64,000 bases of DNA from Candidatus Poribacteria bacterium (GCA_964291315.2 OZ219753.1:704001-768000); one strand, 5' to 3'; positions 10,575 to 20,983 are shown, numbered from the stretch's first letter. Made by a program: numbers and translations. The notes: generated from the sequence alone by a model not told the origin.

Positions 10575-12425
10575 TTAGGCTATCATTTTTGCTGTACGGG
10601 CAATAGCGGTTGCGTCGCATTGACAGAGCGCGTGAAGGTGCTTGACTTCGCCATGCTCAATGAATTTGTCGGGGATCCCGAGATTCTTGACGCGTACGTT
10701 TGTGATGCCTGCTTCAGCGAGTGCCTCCAAGACTGCTCCGCCGAAACCGCCCATTACGACTCCATCTTCAACGGTAATGATTTTCCCGATACTTTCTGCA
10801 AGCGGTAATATTGTTTCAGTATCTAGAGGTTTTACAAACCGTGCGTTAACGACTGCGGCGGAAATTCCTGAATCCGCTAATGTTTGTGCTGCCTCCAATG
10901 CGGGATAGACGCGGTTGCCGATAGCGATGACTAGCACGTCTTCTCCGTCTCTAACGATCTCACTTTTTCCAATCGGGAGTGCTTTTAATTCTATTGCCAT
11001 CTTTACACCTACTCCGGTGCCGCGCGGATATCGGAACGCAATTGGTCCGCCTTCGTAAACGAGTGCGGTTTTTACCATGGCTTGTAGTTCATTTTCATCT
11101 TTGGGTGCCATGAGGACCATATTCGGGATAGAGCGCAGGTATGCGACATCGAAGACGCCGTGGTGTGTTGGTCCGTCTGCGCCGACAAGACCGCTTCTGT
11201 CCAATGCGAATATGACCGGTAGGTTTTGGATACAGACGTCGTGTAACACTTGGTCATAACTTCGTTGAAGGAAAGTGGAATAGATAGCGGCGACGGGTCG
11301 CATTCCTTGTGCTGCAAGACCTCCTGCGAATGTGACAGCGCATTGTTCCGCTAACCCGAGGTCAAAACACCTGCTGGGAAACACTTCTGCAAACTTGTCG
11401 AGTCCTGTACCGCCTGGCATTGCTGCGGTTACCCCGACGATCCGTGTGTCCCGTTTTGCTAATTCAATGAGTGTTTGACTGAACACGTCGGTATAGGTAA
11501 GTGTTGGTGTTTTTGGTTTATTTGCTTTTCCTGTTTTGAGGTTAAATGGACTGCTGACGCTATAGAATCCGATTGGGTCTGCTTCAGCTGGTGCGTAGCC
11601 GCGTCCCTTTTCGGTCACGACATGTAGTAAAATTGGGCCTGTGAGGTTTCGGATGCCGGTGAGCACGGGTATCAACGCCTCCAAATCGTTGCCATCGAGT
11701 GGTCCGAAGTATCGGAATCCGAATTCCTCGAAGAGCGTTCCTGGTTTCAGGGATGCTTCGATTTTCCGGGCTATTTGTCCGGCGTCAGCTGAGATTAGGT
11801 TCATTAATCCTTTGGCGCTGGAACGCAGGAAGTTATACTGTGGTGAGCTTGTGACTTTGTGAAAGTGTTTTGAGAAGGCTCCGACAGTTGCGGAGATCGA
11901 CATGTTGTTGTCATTGAGAATCACAACCATATCGTTTCTGAAATCGCCTGCGGCGTTGAGAGCTTCAAATGCCATTCCTCCTGTCAAGCCGCCGTCTCCG
12001 ATGATAGCGACAACTTTGTAAGTTTCATTGATAAGGTCTCGGGCTGTCGCGATGCCTAACGCGGCAGCGATAGAGGTGCTAGAGTGTCCGGCGCCGAAAA
12101 CGTCATAATCACTTTCGGTTCTACTGAGGAATCCGCTGATACCGCCGCTCTGTCGCAAGGTTGGGAATTCTTCTCTTCTACCGGTGAGCAATTTATGTGG
12201 GTAAGCTTGATGCCCGATGTCCCACACTAATTTATCGCGCGGTGTATTAAAGACGGTATGCAGTGCGATCGCCAATTCAATAGTGCCAAAATTCGGGGCG
12301 AAGTGTCCTGGGTGTTGGGAAAGCACCTCTAACAGATAGGTTCGCATTTCTTCTGCGATCGTTTTTAGCTCATCTATTTCAAGCGTTTTTAAATCTGCGG
12401 GGCTATTAATGTTTTCTAAAAGCAT
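10575..12425 (-). CDS. dxs: 1-deoxy-D-xylulose-5-phosphate synthase
   Basis: WDIGHQAYPHKLLTGRR, GHSSTSI, IGDGGLTGGMAFEALN, DGPTHHG motifs. Confidence 0.97.
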   Translation of the reverse strand: MLLENINSPADLKTLEIDELKTIAEEMRTYLLEVLSQHPGHFAPNFGTIELAIALHTVFNTPRDKLVWDIGHQAYPHKLLTGRREEFPTLRQSGGISGFLSRTESDYDVFGAGHSSTSIAAALGIATARDLINETYKVVAIIGDGGLTGGMAFEALNAAGDFRNDMVVILNDNNMSISATVGAFSKHFHKVTSSPQYNFLRSSAKGLMNLISADAGQIARKIEASLKPGTLFEEFGFRYFGPLDGNDLEALIPVLTGIRNLTGPILLHVVTEKGRGYAPAEADPIGFYSVSSPFNLKTGKANKPKTPTLTYTDVFSQTLIELAKRDTRIVGVTAAMPGGTGLDKFAEVFPSRCFDLGLAEQCAVTFAGGLAAQGMRPVAAIYSTFLQRSYDQVLHDVCIQNLPVIFALDRSGLVGADGPTHHGVFDVAYLRSIPNMVLMAPKDENELQAMVKTALVYEGGPIAFRYPRGTGVGVKMAIELKALPIGKSEIVRDGEDVLVIAIGNRVYPALEAAQTLADSGISAAVVNARFVKPLDTETILPLAESIGKIITVEDGVVMGGFGGAVLEALAEAGITNVRVKNLGIPDKFIEHGEVKHLHALCQCDATAIARTAKMIA

Positions 12426-12568
12426 ATTTTTAAGTATGTGCTTCTGGATGGTGTTTCGGTTGTCAACACCGGTCCAAAATGGGTCAGAGAATCTGCTTTG
12501 GGTTTGAATGGTTTATTAATGTTTCTGAGTCTGCAAGGGCAACAGATGCGGTGGTTCGGGTTTAAACT

Positions 12569-12754
12569 TTAAGGGTCTGTTTCGAGAACGTTTGTTACCC
12601 GTTGTTCTGCGTCTTCGAGCATTGCCCTACACGACAAGACTAGTCCGATACCTTTCTCGAAAAGTTCCAACGAGTCCTCAAGTTGCAGATCATTACGTTG
12701 TTCTAGTTGTTCAGCTATCTTTGAGAGTTCTGCCAGTTTTTCTTCAAAAGTCAC
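12569..12754 (-). CDS. xseB: Exodeoxyribonuclease VII small subunit
   Basis: TFEEKLAELSKIAEQLE...LEDSLELFEKGIGL...LEDAEQRV; GTG start with GGAGG Shine-Dalgarno. Confidence 0.92.
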   Translation of the reverse strand: MTFEEKLAELSKIAEQLEQRNDLQLEDSLELFEKGIGLVLSCRAMLEDAEQRVTNVLETDP

Positions 12755-13050
12755 ATACTACCTCCGTTTATTTGGTTATTGGCAGTGGGCTGGATTTTTT
12801 CAACTCCTGGCTTAAAATTTTCAGTCACTCTATGTAAAAGACTTACCTATGCCTTTTAACTTATAGAGCTTTAAAGGTCAACTTATTTCTATAATTTACC
12901 AGAAAATAAGTTAGGTGCTACCTTTATTTCTGTTAGTAGTTTTGGACGAAAAAACGAATTTAAAAACACTTAAAGACTGACTGATCATTATGTAACAAAT
13001 TACCGATGTTGAATTAGAGGGTTTACTATGTCCATCCTATCGCTACAATA

Positions 13051-14316
13051 TTATGATCTACGAGCTGCATAAAGATAAGGATCGGCAGCGGAACAGTTCT
13101 CATTAATATACTCTCTAATTTCATCATTATCCCCGACAAGTTCAGAATCGTTCCGTTCTGTATTTGCACGACCAAAGCGATTGAGCAATTCTTGCTCATC
13201 CGGTTTTGGGTCATGGCCTACATCAAAGGTCTTTACACCTAAGAATATCACATCCTCAACAAAATAGGTTTGTGCGCTTGCTTTGCGTTGGATAAGTCCC
13301 TTAACAGAATTTGTTATACCTATTTTTATAACATTTCCCTCCGGTAATTTGATAAAGTATATGAGTGGAGTGTTTAAATCAATTTCCCAATCTTTCCCTT
13401 GAAATTCCACCTTTACAATGTGGGAAACAACTTTTGGAGGTTCAGGTTCTGGTTTAGGAGTAGATTCCGATTCAGCGATCTCGGGAGTCTCCTCCTCAAG
13501 GTCAATCGCTAAGCCCTCAACCGTCGGCATCGGCACATCAGCATCAGCCCCTCCCTCATTGACGATCTCTATTGACATCGCCTCTACATCTGATACTGCC
13601 TCATCAACAGAGTCAGTTATCTCTTCCGAAACGCTTTCTTCGGAAACCTTAGGCGGTACTGGGTCTGTATCTACTGGGTCACCAAACCGCTCGGCAAGCA
13701 CAACCTGCCGCATATTATAAACGGTTGACTTGCTCATCCCAAGCATCGCCGCAAGTTTTCTGTCATTGACGAAAGGTCTGAAATCGGGATCAAAATCATA
13801 TCTCGTCAAATTCATGACACTCAAGGCATTATACGCCGCCTTCTGCTTTTCGCCATGCGTTAGAGATAAACCATGCACATTCGAAAAACTGGCGATATAC
13901 CTTGCGGTATCTTTATAGTCATAGTCATCGGACTCATACACTTTGACTATAACATCAAAGTTTACGAACAGATCACTATATTTAAGCTCGCCCTTTTCTA
14001 ATTCATGATCGGGATTATTCTCAATCTCCGCAATCGCCGCTTTAAGCGCCGTTATGGTATGATAACCACTCGTCAAGAGATATACGCCCTCTTCTTCGGT
14101 CTCAACCGCTTCAGGCGGTCTATGCCAAACTGCTGAAAACTCTTGGTCATTCGCTATATAGTCTATGATAGACTCTTTGTAGCGATCAACCGTCTCTGCA
14201 TTTATGCACGTTCTCGGATTGATCGAATCTTCGGAATCCACATCGTCCATAATCAAACGCTCATCAAGTTCACTCGTGTGAATCTTGATTTCTCTGTAGT
14301 CCAATTCCATCGTCAT
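13051..14316 (-). CDS. Hypothetical multidomain protein: ParB/Srx-like N-domain, HTH, acidic linker, GIY-YIG (T5orf172-like) C-domain
   Basis: NPRTCINAETVDRY and YLLTSGYHTITA resemble the ParB-like GxHR region; NDRKLAAMLGMSKSTVYNMR is HTH-like; IYFIKLPEGNVIKIGITNS...R resembles T5orf172/Mug113 GIY-YIG. Judged by eye. Confidence 0.55.
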   Translation of the reverse strand: MTMELDYREIKIHTSELDERLIMDDVDSEDSINPRTCINAETVDRYKESIIDYIANDQEFSAVWHRPPEAVETEEEGVYLLTSGYHTITALKAAIAEIENNPDHELEKGELKYSDLFVNFDVIVKVYESDDYDYKDTARYIASFSNVHGLSLTHGEKQKAAYNALSVMNLTRYDFDPDFRPFVNDRKLAAMLGMSKSTVYNMRQVVLAERFGDPVDTDPVPPKVSEESVSEEITDSVDEAVSDVEAMSIEIVNEGGADADVPMPTVEGLAIDLEEETPEIAESESTPKPEPEPPKVVSHIVKVEFQGKDWEIDLNTPLIYFIKLPEGNVIKIGITNSVKGLIQRKASAQTYFVEDVIFLGVKTFDVGHDPKPDEQELLNRFGRANTERNDSELVGDNDEIREYINENCSAADPYLYAARRS

Positions 14317-14369
14317 TTTTATTTCCCTATTTGCGTTTTTTCTAGGTCGCCACCTTTATTTTTTCTATA

Positions 14370-14768
14370 CTATACTATACTATACCACTTCAACTCTTCT
14401 ACGACAGCGTTTTCCTGATTCTCGTCCCAATTAAAGCTATCCTTCGCGAAACTAACCCCTGCCCCTTCAATGTGGAGTTCACCAAATAAGCGTTGACTGC
14501 GGAAAGTATTTGGACTTCCAAAAATTTCTGATGGGAGATACTTCTCGACTATTAGACGCTTTCTTCTAAATAGTGAAAAACCAGCTCCACTCGCTACTCC
14601 CATGCTGCGGATTGCTGCAAAACCACTGACACGTATTCCTTGTATTTCAAAATCTATGGAGACTTTCCAGATTGAATTAATTTCGCAGGCATAAACACAT
14701 TTATGTCCCAAATGTGTGAGTGCTTGATGAAAACAACCCAAACCTGCAAAAAGATCAATAAATTCCAT
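14370..14768 (-). pseudogene. Chimeric relic: N-terminus of a C5 DNA-cytosine methyltransferase fused to an internal fragment of a MORC/HATPase-like protein
   Basis: MEFIDLFAGLGCFHQAL...CVYACEIN matches dcm motifs I-II; the PCQ catalytic motif is absent. The rest (GFSLFRRKRLI...EIFGSPNTFRSQRLFGELHIEG) resembles R-M-associated HATPase_c_3 proteins. Confidence 0.65.
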
Positions 14769-14857
14769 AAAAAGTAAATCTTTTATTCAACGTTGCTGTA
14801 CCCATAAAGATGTGTTGTAAATTCAGTAAACATAAGCGTTACAACAAATTACTAAAA

Positions 14858-16105
14858 TCACTTCTTTAGTCCAACTGTTTCCTGGATTTGTTCAATACGG
14901 CATGCGAGTTTTCCGTGTGCTAACTGCACCTCAATTCTGTCATCTACGGATACCTGTTTGATTGAGGTTAATATCTCCCCACTGATTTTCTGACTGATGC
15001 TATATCCGCGTTTTAAGGTTGCTAATGGGCTGAGTGCGTTTAGACGTTCTGTGAGTACCTGGAATTCACGTTCGGCCTGGCCAAGGTGCCGATCGATAGC
15101 TGTCCTGCACGCGGTATCTAGAGCGTCTATTCTCTGATCAAGTTGATAGATTGCTTCCTTACGGCGCGTTGGAGACAGATGTGTTTCGAATTCTTGTAGG
15201 TGCGTTTTGTGCTTTTCAAAACGGTTCCGGATGAGGCGCTGAAGTAAAGCGGTGTGTGCGTCCAACCTAGCGAGGAGTTCGTCCTGATCGGGGGCGATTG
15301 CTGTGGCCGCTGCAGACGGTGTTGCTGCTCTGTGATCTGCTGCCAGATCGGAGAGGGTGTAATCTATTTCATGTCCGACGGCGGAGACAATTGGAATTGT
15401 AGAGGCGGCAATGGCGCGCACTACTATTTCTTCGTTAAATGCCCAGAGGTCTTCAAGTGAGCCGCCGCCGCGTCCTACGATTAGGATGTCTATATCATGT
15501 CGTTGGTTCAGGATTCTGATGGCATGTGCGATGCCTTCTGGTGCGCCTTCGCCTTGAACGAGCGTGGGATGCAGTAGAACTTCGGCTAACGGATAGCGTT
15601 TATCCAACTGCTGACAGATGTCTTGAAATGCTGCGCCTGTTGCTGATGTGATGACTCCGATTTTTTGCGGAAATTCTGGTAATGGTTTTTTATGTGCTTT
15701 ATCAAACAGCCCTTCTTCGGCAAGTCGCTGTTTCAGTTCCTCAAATTTTCTTTGCAAGTCGCCAATGCCTAGCGGTTGCACCTTTTTCACGGTCATCTGG
15801 TATTTGCCGTGCGGTGGGTAGACGACAATTTTTCCTTGTATCTGCACCTCCTTGCCGGCGCGGAGCAGGTGCCGAAATCGGTTTGCAATGTTCCGCCAAA
15901 GGACACAATCGATTTGGGTTTTAGCGTCCTTGAGTGTGAAATAGATATGCCCGGAACTGTGGAAGTGGCAGTTTGACACCTCTCCGCGCACTGATGCGTT
16001 TTGAAAGGGTTGGTGCTGCTCTATCAGGTGTTTCAAGAGGTTCGTTATTTCAGTGACACTATGGACAGTGTTTGTTGGTATGGACATTTCAATCTGTATT
16101 TGCAT
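14858..16105 (-). CDS. xseA: Exodeoxyribonuclease VII large subunit
   Basis: GEVSN, SGHIYFTLKD, GRGGGSLEDLWAFNEE, SAVGHEID, LSPLATLKRGYS motifs; true start may be a few codons in. Confidence 0.96.
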   Translation of the reverse strand: MQIQIEMSIPTNTVHSVTEITNLLKHLIEQHQPFQNASVRGEVSNCHFHSSGHIYFTLKDAKTQIDCVLWRNIANRFRHLLRAGKEVQIQGKIVVYPPHGKYQMTVKKVQPLGIGDLQRKFEELKQRLAEEGLFDKAHKKPLPEFPQKIGVITSATGAAFQDICQQLDKRYPLAEVLLHPTLVQGEGAPEGIAHAIRILNQRHDIDILIVGRGGGSLEDLWAFNEEIVVRAIAASTIPIVSAVGHEIDYTLSDLAADHRAATPSAAATAIAPDQDELLARLDAHTALLQRLIRNRFEKHKTHLQEFETHLSPTRRKEAIYQLDQRIDALDTACRTAIDRHLGQAEREFQVLTERLNALSPLATLKRGYSISQKISGEILTSIKQVSVDDRIEVQLAHGKLACRIEQIQETVGLKK

Positions 16106-16215
16106 CTGTGTGTTTATTTAACGAAACCTCTCAATATTTGGTTTACGGTTATGCGGTGTGTACTGTGCATTTTAAAAGTTTGTAGTGTGTGTGGGTGCGT
16201 TTTATCGAATCTCCA

Positions 16216-16992
16216 TTAGAATTGATATTGATGTGGCGTGATGCTGAGGGCCATTCCTGTGTTTTCGTCGAGTTCTATTTCGGCTGCACAAAGTTTAACG
16301 TTGTCTTTCGCGATGACGAAGCGTTTGGGCATCATTGTCAAAAATCCGTCGACTACTTCCTCGATGCGTGTGCCGATGACGGAGTCGTGTGGTCCTGTCA
16401 TACCGACGTCTGTAATGTAAGCGGTGCCTTCGGGAAGGATGCGTGCGTCGGCTGTCTGGACGTGTGTATGTGTGCCGATGACTGCTCCGGCTCTTCCGTC
16501 GGCGTGCCAGCCCATAGCGATTTTCTCGGATGTTGCTTCGGCATGGAAGTCGAGGAGGATGTACGGTGTCACTGTTTCCATTTCAAGCAGGATTTTATTG
16601 AGGGCATGAAACGGGTTGGTGTATCTATTCATGAAAATTTGTCCTGCGAGGTTGATGACAGCGAGCTGGGTTTGTTCATCATCAGAGGTGGCGACTGTTA
16701 CGCCGCGTCCTGGCACTTCTGCGGGATAGTTTGCGGGGCGTATCAGCTGTGGGGTTGTGTCTATAAAATCTAAAACTTCTCTTTTATCCCAAACGTGGTT
16801 TCCGGTTGTAATTACAGAGACTCCGGAGGCTAAGAGTTGGTCTACGATTTCGAAGGTCAATCCTTTACCGCCTGCTGCATTTTCTCCATTGGCAACAATA
16901 AAATCGTATTCGTGTCGGTGTTGCCTGAGAAATTGTGTTGTTGCTGCTCTTCCTGGATTTCCGACAATGTCTCCGATAAACAGTATTTTCAT
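16216..16992 (-). CDS. ymdB: YmdB family metallophosphoesterase (TIGR00282)
   Basis: ILFIGDIVG, NGENAAGG, GNHVWD, DFHAEATSEK, GTHTHVQTAD, TDVGMTG. Confidence 0.94.
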   Translation of the reverse strand: MKILFIGDIVGNPGRAATTQFLRQHRHEYDFIVANGENAAGGKGLTFEIVDQLLASGVSVITTGNHVWDKREVLDFIDTTPQLIRPANYPAEVPGRGVTVATSDDEQTQLAVINLAGQIFMNRYTNPFHALNKILLEMETVTPYILLDFHAEATSEKIAMGWHADGRAGAVIGTHTHVQTADARILPEGTAYITDVGMTGPHDSVIGTRIEEVVDGFLTMMPKRFVIAKDNVKLCAAEIELDENTGMALSITPHQYQF

Positions 16993-17094
16993 TTTTTTGT
17001 CACTTTCTGTAAAGTGTCCGTGCTGCTTGCGTTATCCCAGACCGATGGTTTCCAATGGTCCGATTATGGGGCATAATATCCCGGCCGTGCCCCT

Positions 17095-17622
17095 TCAACT
17101 GCCCGCTGTTTCCAATGCTGCGAGAGTGAAGACGGGTGTGAAGGAGCAGCCGAGTGCTTCGATTTTTTCTGCGCCGCCTGCTTGTCGGTCAATAACTGCT
17201 ATGACGTGTTCTACTGTGTAGCCTGCGTTTCGAATCTGCTTGATAGATGTGCAGACTTGTCCTGCTGTTGTGATCACGTCCTCTATGACGACGAGGTTGC
17301 TGTGTGTTTTTGCTCCGCCCTCTATGAGGTTGCAAGTGCCGTAGTTTTTGGGTTCTTTCCGGACGTAGAAACAGGGGATTCCTGTGTGCAATGAGACGGC
17401 GGTTGCGAGGGGGATGCCTCCTAATTCTAGGCCTGCTAGGCCGTCACAGTTTGTTGGTAGTAATGTCGCTATTTCTGCAGCGGTTGCGGCGAGCAGTTTG
17501 GGGTCGCTCTCAAATCGGTATTTATCCCAATAAAAATCACTGGTATTCCCGGAACGGAGTTTGAATTTTCCTGTGAGGTATGAAACGGCGCGGATTTGTT
17601 TAGCGAGTTGTGTTTTGTTCAT
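17095..17622 (-). CDS. pyrE: Orotate phosphoribosyltransferase
   Basis: GKFKLRSG, YVRKEPKNYG, PRPP-binding VVIEDVITTAG. Confidence 0.88.
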   Translation of the reverse strand: MNKTQLAKQIRAVSYLTGKFKLRSGNTSDFYWDKYRFESDPKLLAATAAEIATLLPTNCDGLAGLELGGIPLATAVSLHTGIPCFYVRKEPKNYGTCNLIEGGAKTHSNLVVIEDVITTAGQVCTSIKQIRNAGYTVEHVIAVIDRQAGGAEKIEALGCSFTPVFTLAALETAGS

Positions 17623-17707
17623 TTTTTAGATCGACTGCTGGCTGTGAGTGTGCGGCTCCTTGTAATATTTTTGATAGGGTTGTTGTCCCTCAAAAAGCAA
17701 TAAAAAC

Positions 17708-17736
17708 TTGACATTATGCATTATTTGCTATAAAAT
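17708..17736 (+). promoter_or_regulatory. Sigma70-type promoter with no + strand gene downstream
   Basis: TTGACA (17708-13), 17-nt spacer, TAAAAT (17731-36). Confidence 0.5.
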
Positions 17737-17837
17737 AGCGGTATTAAAGCTATAAGATAGCGTTGCGGGCGAAAAATTATCATAATGCTATAGTATTATT
17801 AACATTTTATTCGATAGCATTATTGGTTTGTTTTGTC

Positions 17838-18881
17838 TTAAAACACTTCTATATGTGCGTTATCTCCTGTGGTGACTTCTCCAATAAGTGCTGCTTCTGG
17901 GCAATCGGCTGCGTGGAGTTCTGTTAGGGCTGCGTTGGCGTTTTCGGCGGGCAGCGAGAAGAGTAGTCCGCCGGAGGTTTCTGCTTCCATCAAGATATGC
18001 TTCATTGCTGCGTTGTCTGTTCGGAAGGTTACCTTGTCGGCGAGGAAGGCTTTATTCGCGAGATAGGCTTGCGTATAGGTGTTTTGTGCGACGAGTTTGG
18101 GTGCATCAGGGAAGTAAGGTATTGCGTTGCTGTCAATTTTTAGATGTGCGTTGTTTCCTGCTGCCATTTCTGCTGCGTGTCCTAGTAGTCCGTATCCGGT
18201 GATGTCTGTGCAAGCGGTTGCGCTGTATTTCAGCATGATTTGTGATGCGGATGCGTTGAGTCGTGTCATGGATTCGACGAGTTGCGGTAGGACGGTGTCG
18301 CTGATTTTGTCAAATTTGAGGCCTGTGGTAAGGATACCGATGCCGAGATTTTTGGTTAGTATGAGTGCGTCTCCGGGTTGTGCGCCGTAGTTTCTGACGA
18401 ATTTTTCGGGGTGCACGATACCTGTCACTGCGAGTCCGTACATTAGTTCTGGTGCGTCTACGGTGTGCCCGCCGACGAGAGCGGTTTCTGCTTGCATTGC
18501 TTTTTCGGTGCCGCCTTTGACAATATCGCCGAGGATGGACAGGTCTAGGTCTGTTTTTGGCCAGCAGGTGATATTTAGTGCGGTTTTTGGTATTCCGCCC
18601 ATGCTATAGACATCACTGAGTGAGTTTGTTGCGGCGATGGCTCCGAATGTGTAGGGGTCGTCGACGATGGGTGTGAAATAGTCGACGGTGTTAACGAGGG
18701 CTATGTCGTTGGCAATGCGGTAGATCCCGGCATCGTCGGAGGTTTCTGTGCCGACGAGGAGGTTGGGGTCGTTGGACTTTGGGATCTTATTTAAAATGTG
18801 TGCGAGCTCCCCTGGAGCGAGTTTTGAAGCTCACCCGGCGCATTTGACGGTTGCGGTGAGTCGGATTTTCTTTTTTGTCAT
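17838..18881 (-). CDS. selD: Selenide, water dikinase SelD, selenocysteine-containing (347 aa)
   Basis: The ORF track gives only 17838-18602. Reading from ATG 18881 gives MTKKKIRLTATVKCAG-TGA-ASKLAPGEL...SDDAGIYR...[32 protein letters not shown]. The in-frame TGA (18831-33, codon 17) is at the catalytic C/U-x-x-K site. Confidence 0.93.
18803..18833 (-). promoter_or_regulatory. Bacterial SECIS-like hairpin of selD
   Basis: mRNA UGA GCUUCAAAACUC GCUCC-AGG-GGAGC: a stem-loop with G-containing loop starting 12 nt after the UGA. Confidence 0.6.
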
Positions 18882-18994
18882 TTTATTTCGTCTCTATTAG
18901 CAATTGGCGTGGTCGGTTAAGAACGTTATTGCGTTTGCACAATTGGGTTATTGATGGCTGAAAATGGGTTGGAACGTTTTGATAGTTGATTCTG

Positions 18995-19894
18995 CTATTC
19001 CTCCAAATCGGCTAAGACAGATTTCACGTAGGTTAGACTTCGGCTGTCTTGCAGGAATTGGTCCCCGTGGCGGACACCTTCGATTGCGCAGTAGCCGTTG
19101 TAGTTTGCGGCTGCCAAGGTTGAGATTGCAAAGCGGTAGTCGATTTCACCGTCAGGTAGCGGTGCTTGGACGTAGATGGCGGTTTCTAAGTCGGGGATAT
19201 GCACGCGGTAGAGGTTCTTGCAGTGCCAGTAGTTGACATGTGGTGCGACGGCGGTAATGGCATCTTCACAGGATTCTTCTGGGATGTCGTATGTCCAATA
19301 AATGTTGCCTAGGTCTGGATTTATGCCGACATTTGGTGCGTCGATGAGTTGGATCAGATGCAGTGCTGACCAGCTGTTATCGGCGATGGAATTTTGATGG
19401 ATTTCAATAGAGATATCTACTCCGAGGTCTGAGGCGATAGTTGCGACTTCGCTCACAGAGCTGGCTGTCAGTTGATAGTCGGCATTGGTTGCTAGGCGAC
19501 TTGAGCCTTGGGAAACGGGTTCTCCACGGTATGTGCCTTTTCCGTTTGGGTGGCGTGGTGGCGTGGTGACTGTGGCGTTGACGACACCTGCGCCGATTTT
19601 TGAGGCGAAGTGAACGGCTTGGGTCATGCGGTGTTTGTTGGTTGCTGCGACGCGCGGGTGTGCTGCGCCGCCTCCGCCGCGTATGGCGACACAAGGGGTG
19701 CCTGCGTCCTCTAGTTCGGCGCGGAGGTTTTTAATTTCGGTGTCTGTTAAATTCATTGCGGGGAGTTCGATTCCGTCGAAGCCGATGGCTTTAACTTTTT
19801 TTAGGAAGTTTTTTCTGTGTGTGGCTTCGGTGGGAAATCCTGGGCTGTTATAAGGGTATAAGGTGCATCGCCTAAAGGCGTAAGCGATCTTCAT
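18995..19894 (-). CDS. Sugar phosphate isomerase/epimerase (xylose isomerase-like TIM barrel)
   Basis: GFDGIEL, SIEIH, NPDLGN, YWHCKN, GEIDY, AIEG motifs. Confidence 0.85.
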   Translation of the reverse strand: MKIAYAFRRCTLYPYNSPGFPTEATHRKNFLKKVKAIGFDGIELPAMNLTDTEIKNLRAELEDAGTPCVAIRGGGGAAHPRVAATNKHRMTQAVHFASKIGAGVVNATVTTPPRHPNGKGTYRGEPVSQGSSRLATNADYQLTASSVSEVATIASDLGVDISIEIHQNSIADNSWSALHLIQLIDAPNVGINPDLGNIYWTYDIPEESCEDAITAVAPHVNYWHCKNLYRVHIPDLETAIYVQAPLPDGEIDYRFAISTLAAANYNGYCAIEGVRHGDQFLQDSRSLTYVKSVLADLEE

Positions 19895-20604
19895 TGATGT
19901 TCTCCTTCAAATAGATGGGCTACGGCTTGTTGAAACTGTTGAAAGAGCTGACGGTTTACAAAGCTTTCTGTTTGCGGTGGTTTGTGCTCGGTGTGTTTGT
20001 CAGTGCTCTTTTGTTGAAGCGTGGTGGTTTTCACCTCGGATTGGGCGTGTTGATGACTGTGGCATTTGGATAGTGTGGTTCGGTCGGCTGTTTTTTGCAA
20101 GGCGGTGTCTCGTTTGGAAATTGCGTCGAGGATGCTTCGGTAATACCATGCTTGGTGTTGGATACCTCCGTGGAATCGGTTCCAGACGGTGTCGCCAATT
20201 ATGTGATGTTCTGATATGATTGTTCGCAGGTTGTGGAGCTTGTCTGCGCATGTCACAGTGCAGACTTCTGGACTGGCAGCGCTGAGTGCTTCGATTCGTT
20301 CGGTTTTGCGTGCGCGCCAGCGGAGTGCTTTGTTTTCGGAGCAGCCGTCGACGATGTGTGCGATGTGTTTGCCGAAGCGTTTCTGAATGAAGTCTAGTGT
20401 TAGGTGTGTGTCTTCGATGGTGTCGTGTAAGATTCCTGCGATGATCACGGCTTCTGTGCATCCTGCTTCCATGAGTATGACTCCGACGGCATAAGGGTGT
20501 GTGATGTAGGGTATGCGTGTGCCTTTTCGGTATTGGCCTTGATGTGCTTCGGCTGCGATCTCTATGGCTTCTTCGATTTGGTTTTTTCCGGTGCCGTTTT
20601 GCAT
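19891..20604 (-). CDS. Stand-alone HD-domain hydrolase, Mesh1/small alarmone hydrolase-like
   Basis: AHQGQYRKG...PYITHP, AGILHDTIEDT, ADKLHNL; low-complexity insert near the C-terminus. Confidence 0.88.
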   Translation of the reverse strand: MQNGTGKNQIEEAIEIAAEAHQGQYRKGTRIPYITHPYAVGVILMEAGCTEAVIIAGILHDTIEDTHLTLDFIQKRFGKHIAHIVDGCSENKALRWRARKTERIEALSAASPEVCTVTCADKLHNLRTIISEHHIIGDTVWNRFHGGIQHQAWYYRSILDAISKRDTALQKTADRTTLSKCHSHQHAQSEVKTTTLQQKSTDKHTEHKPPQTESFVNRQLFQQFQQAVAHLFEGEHQ

Positions 20605-20660
20605 TGTGCTTGGAATTCCTATCCGTAAACGATTATCAACTTTACTATAAACCTAGTTAA

Positions 20661-20690
20661 ATGATACACTATATTTGGCATATTCGTCAA
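20661..20690 (-). promoter_or_regulatory. Sigma70-type promoter for the HD gene and downstream isomerase
   Basis: Minus strand TTGACG-18 nt-TATCAT, 56 nt upstream of the HD start. Confidence 0.45.
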
Positions 20691-20715
20691 TATATTTTTT
20701 TAGGGGTGGGGTGCT

Positions 20716-20983
<268 letters not shown>

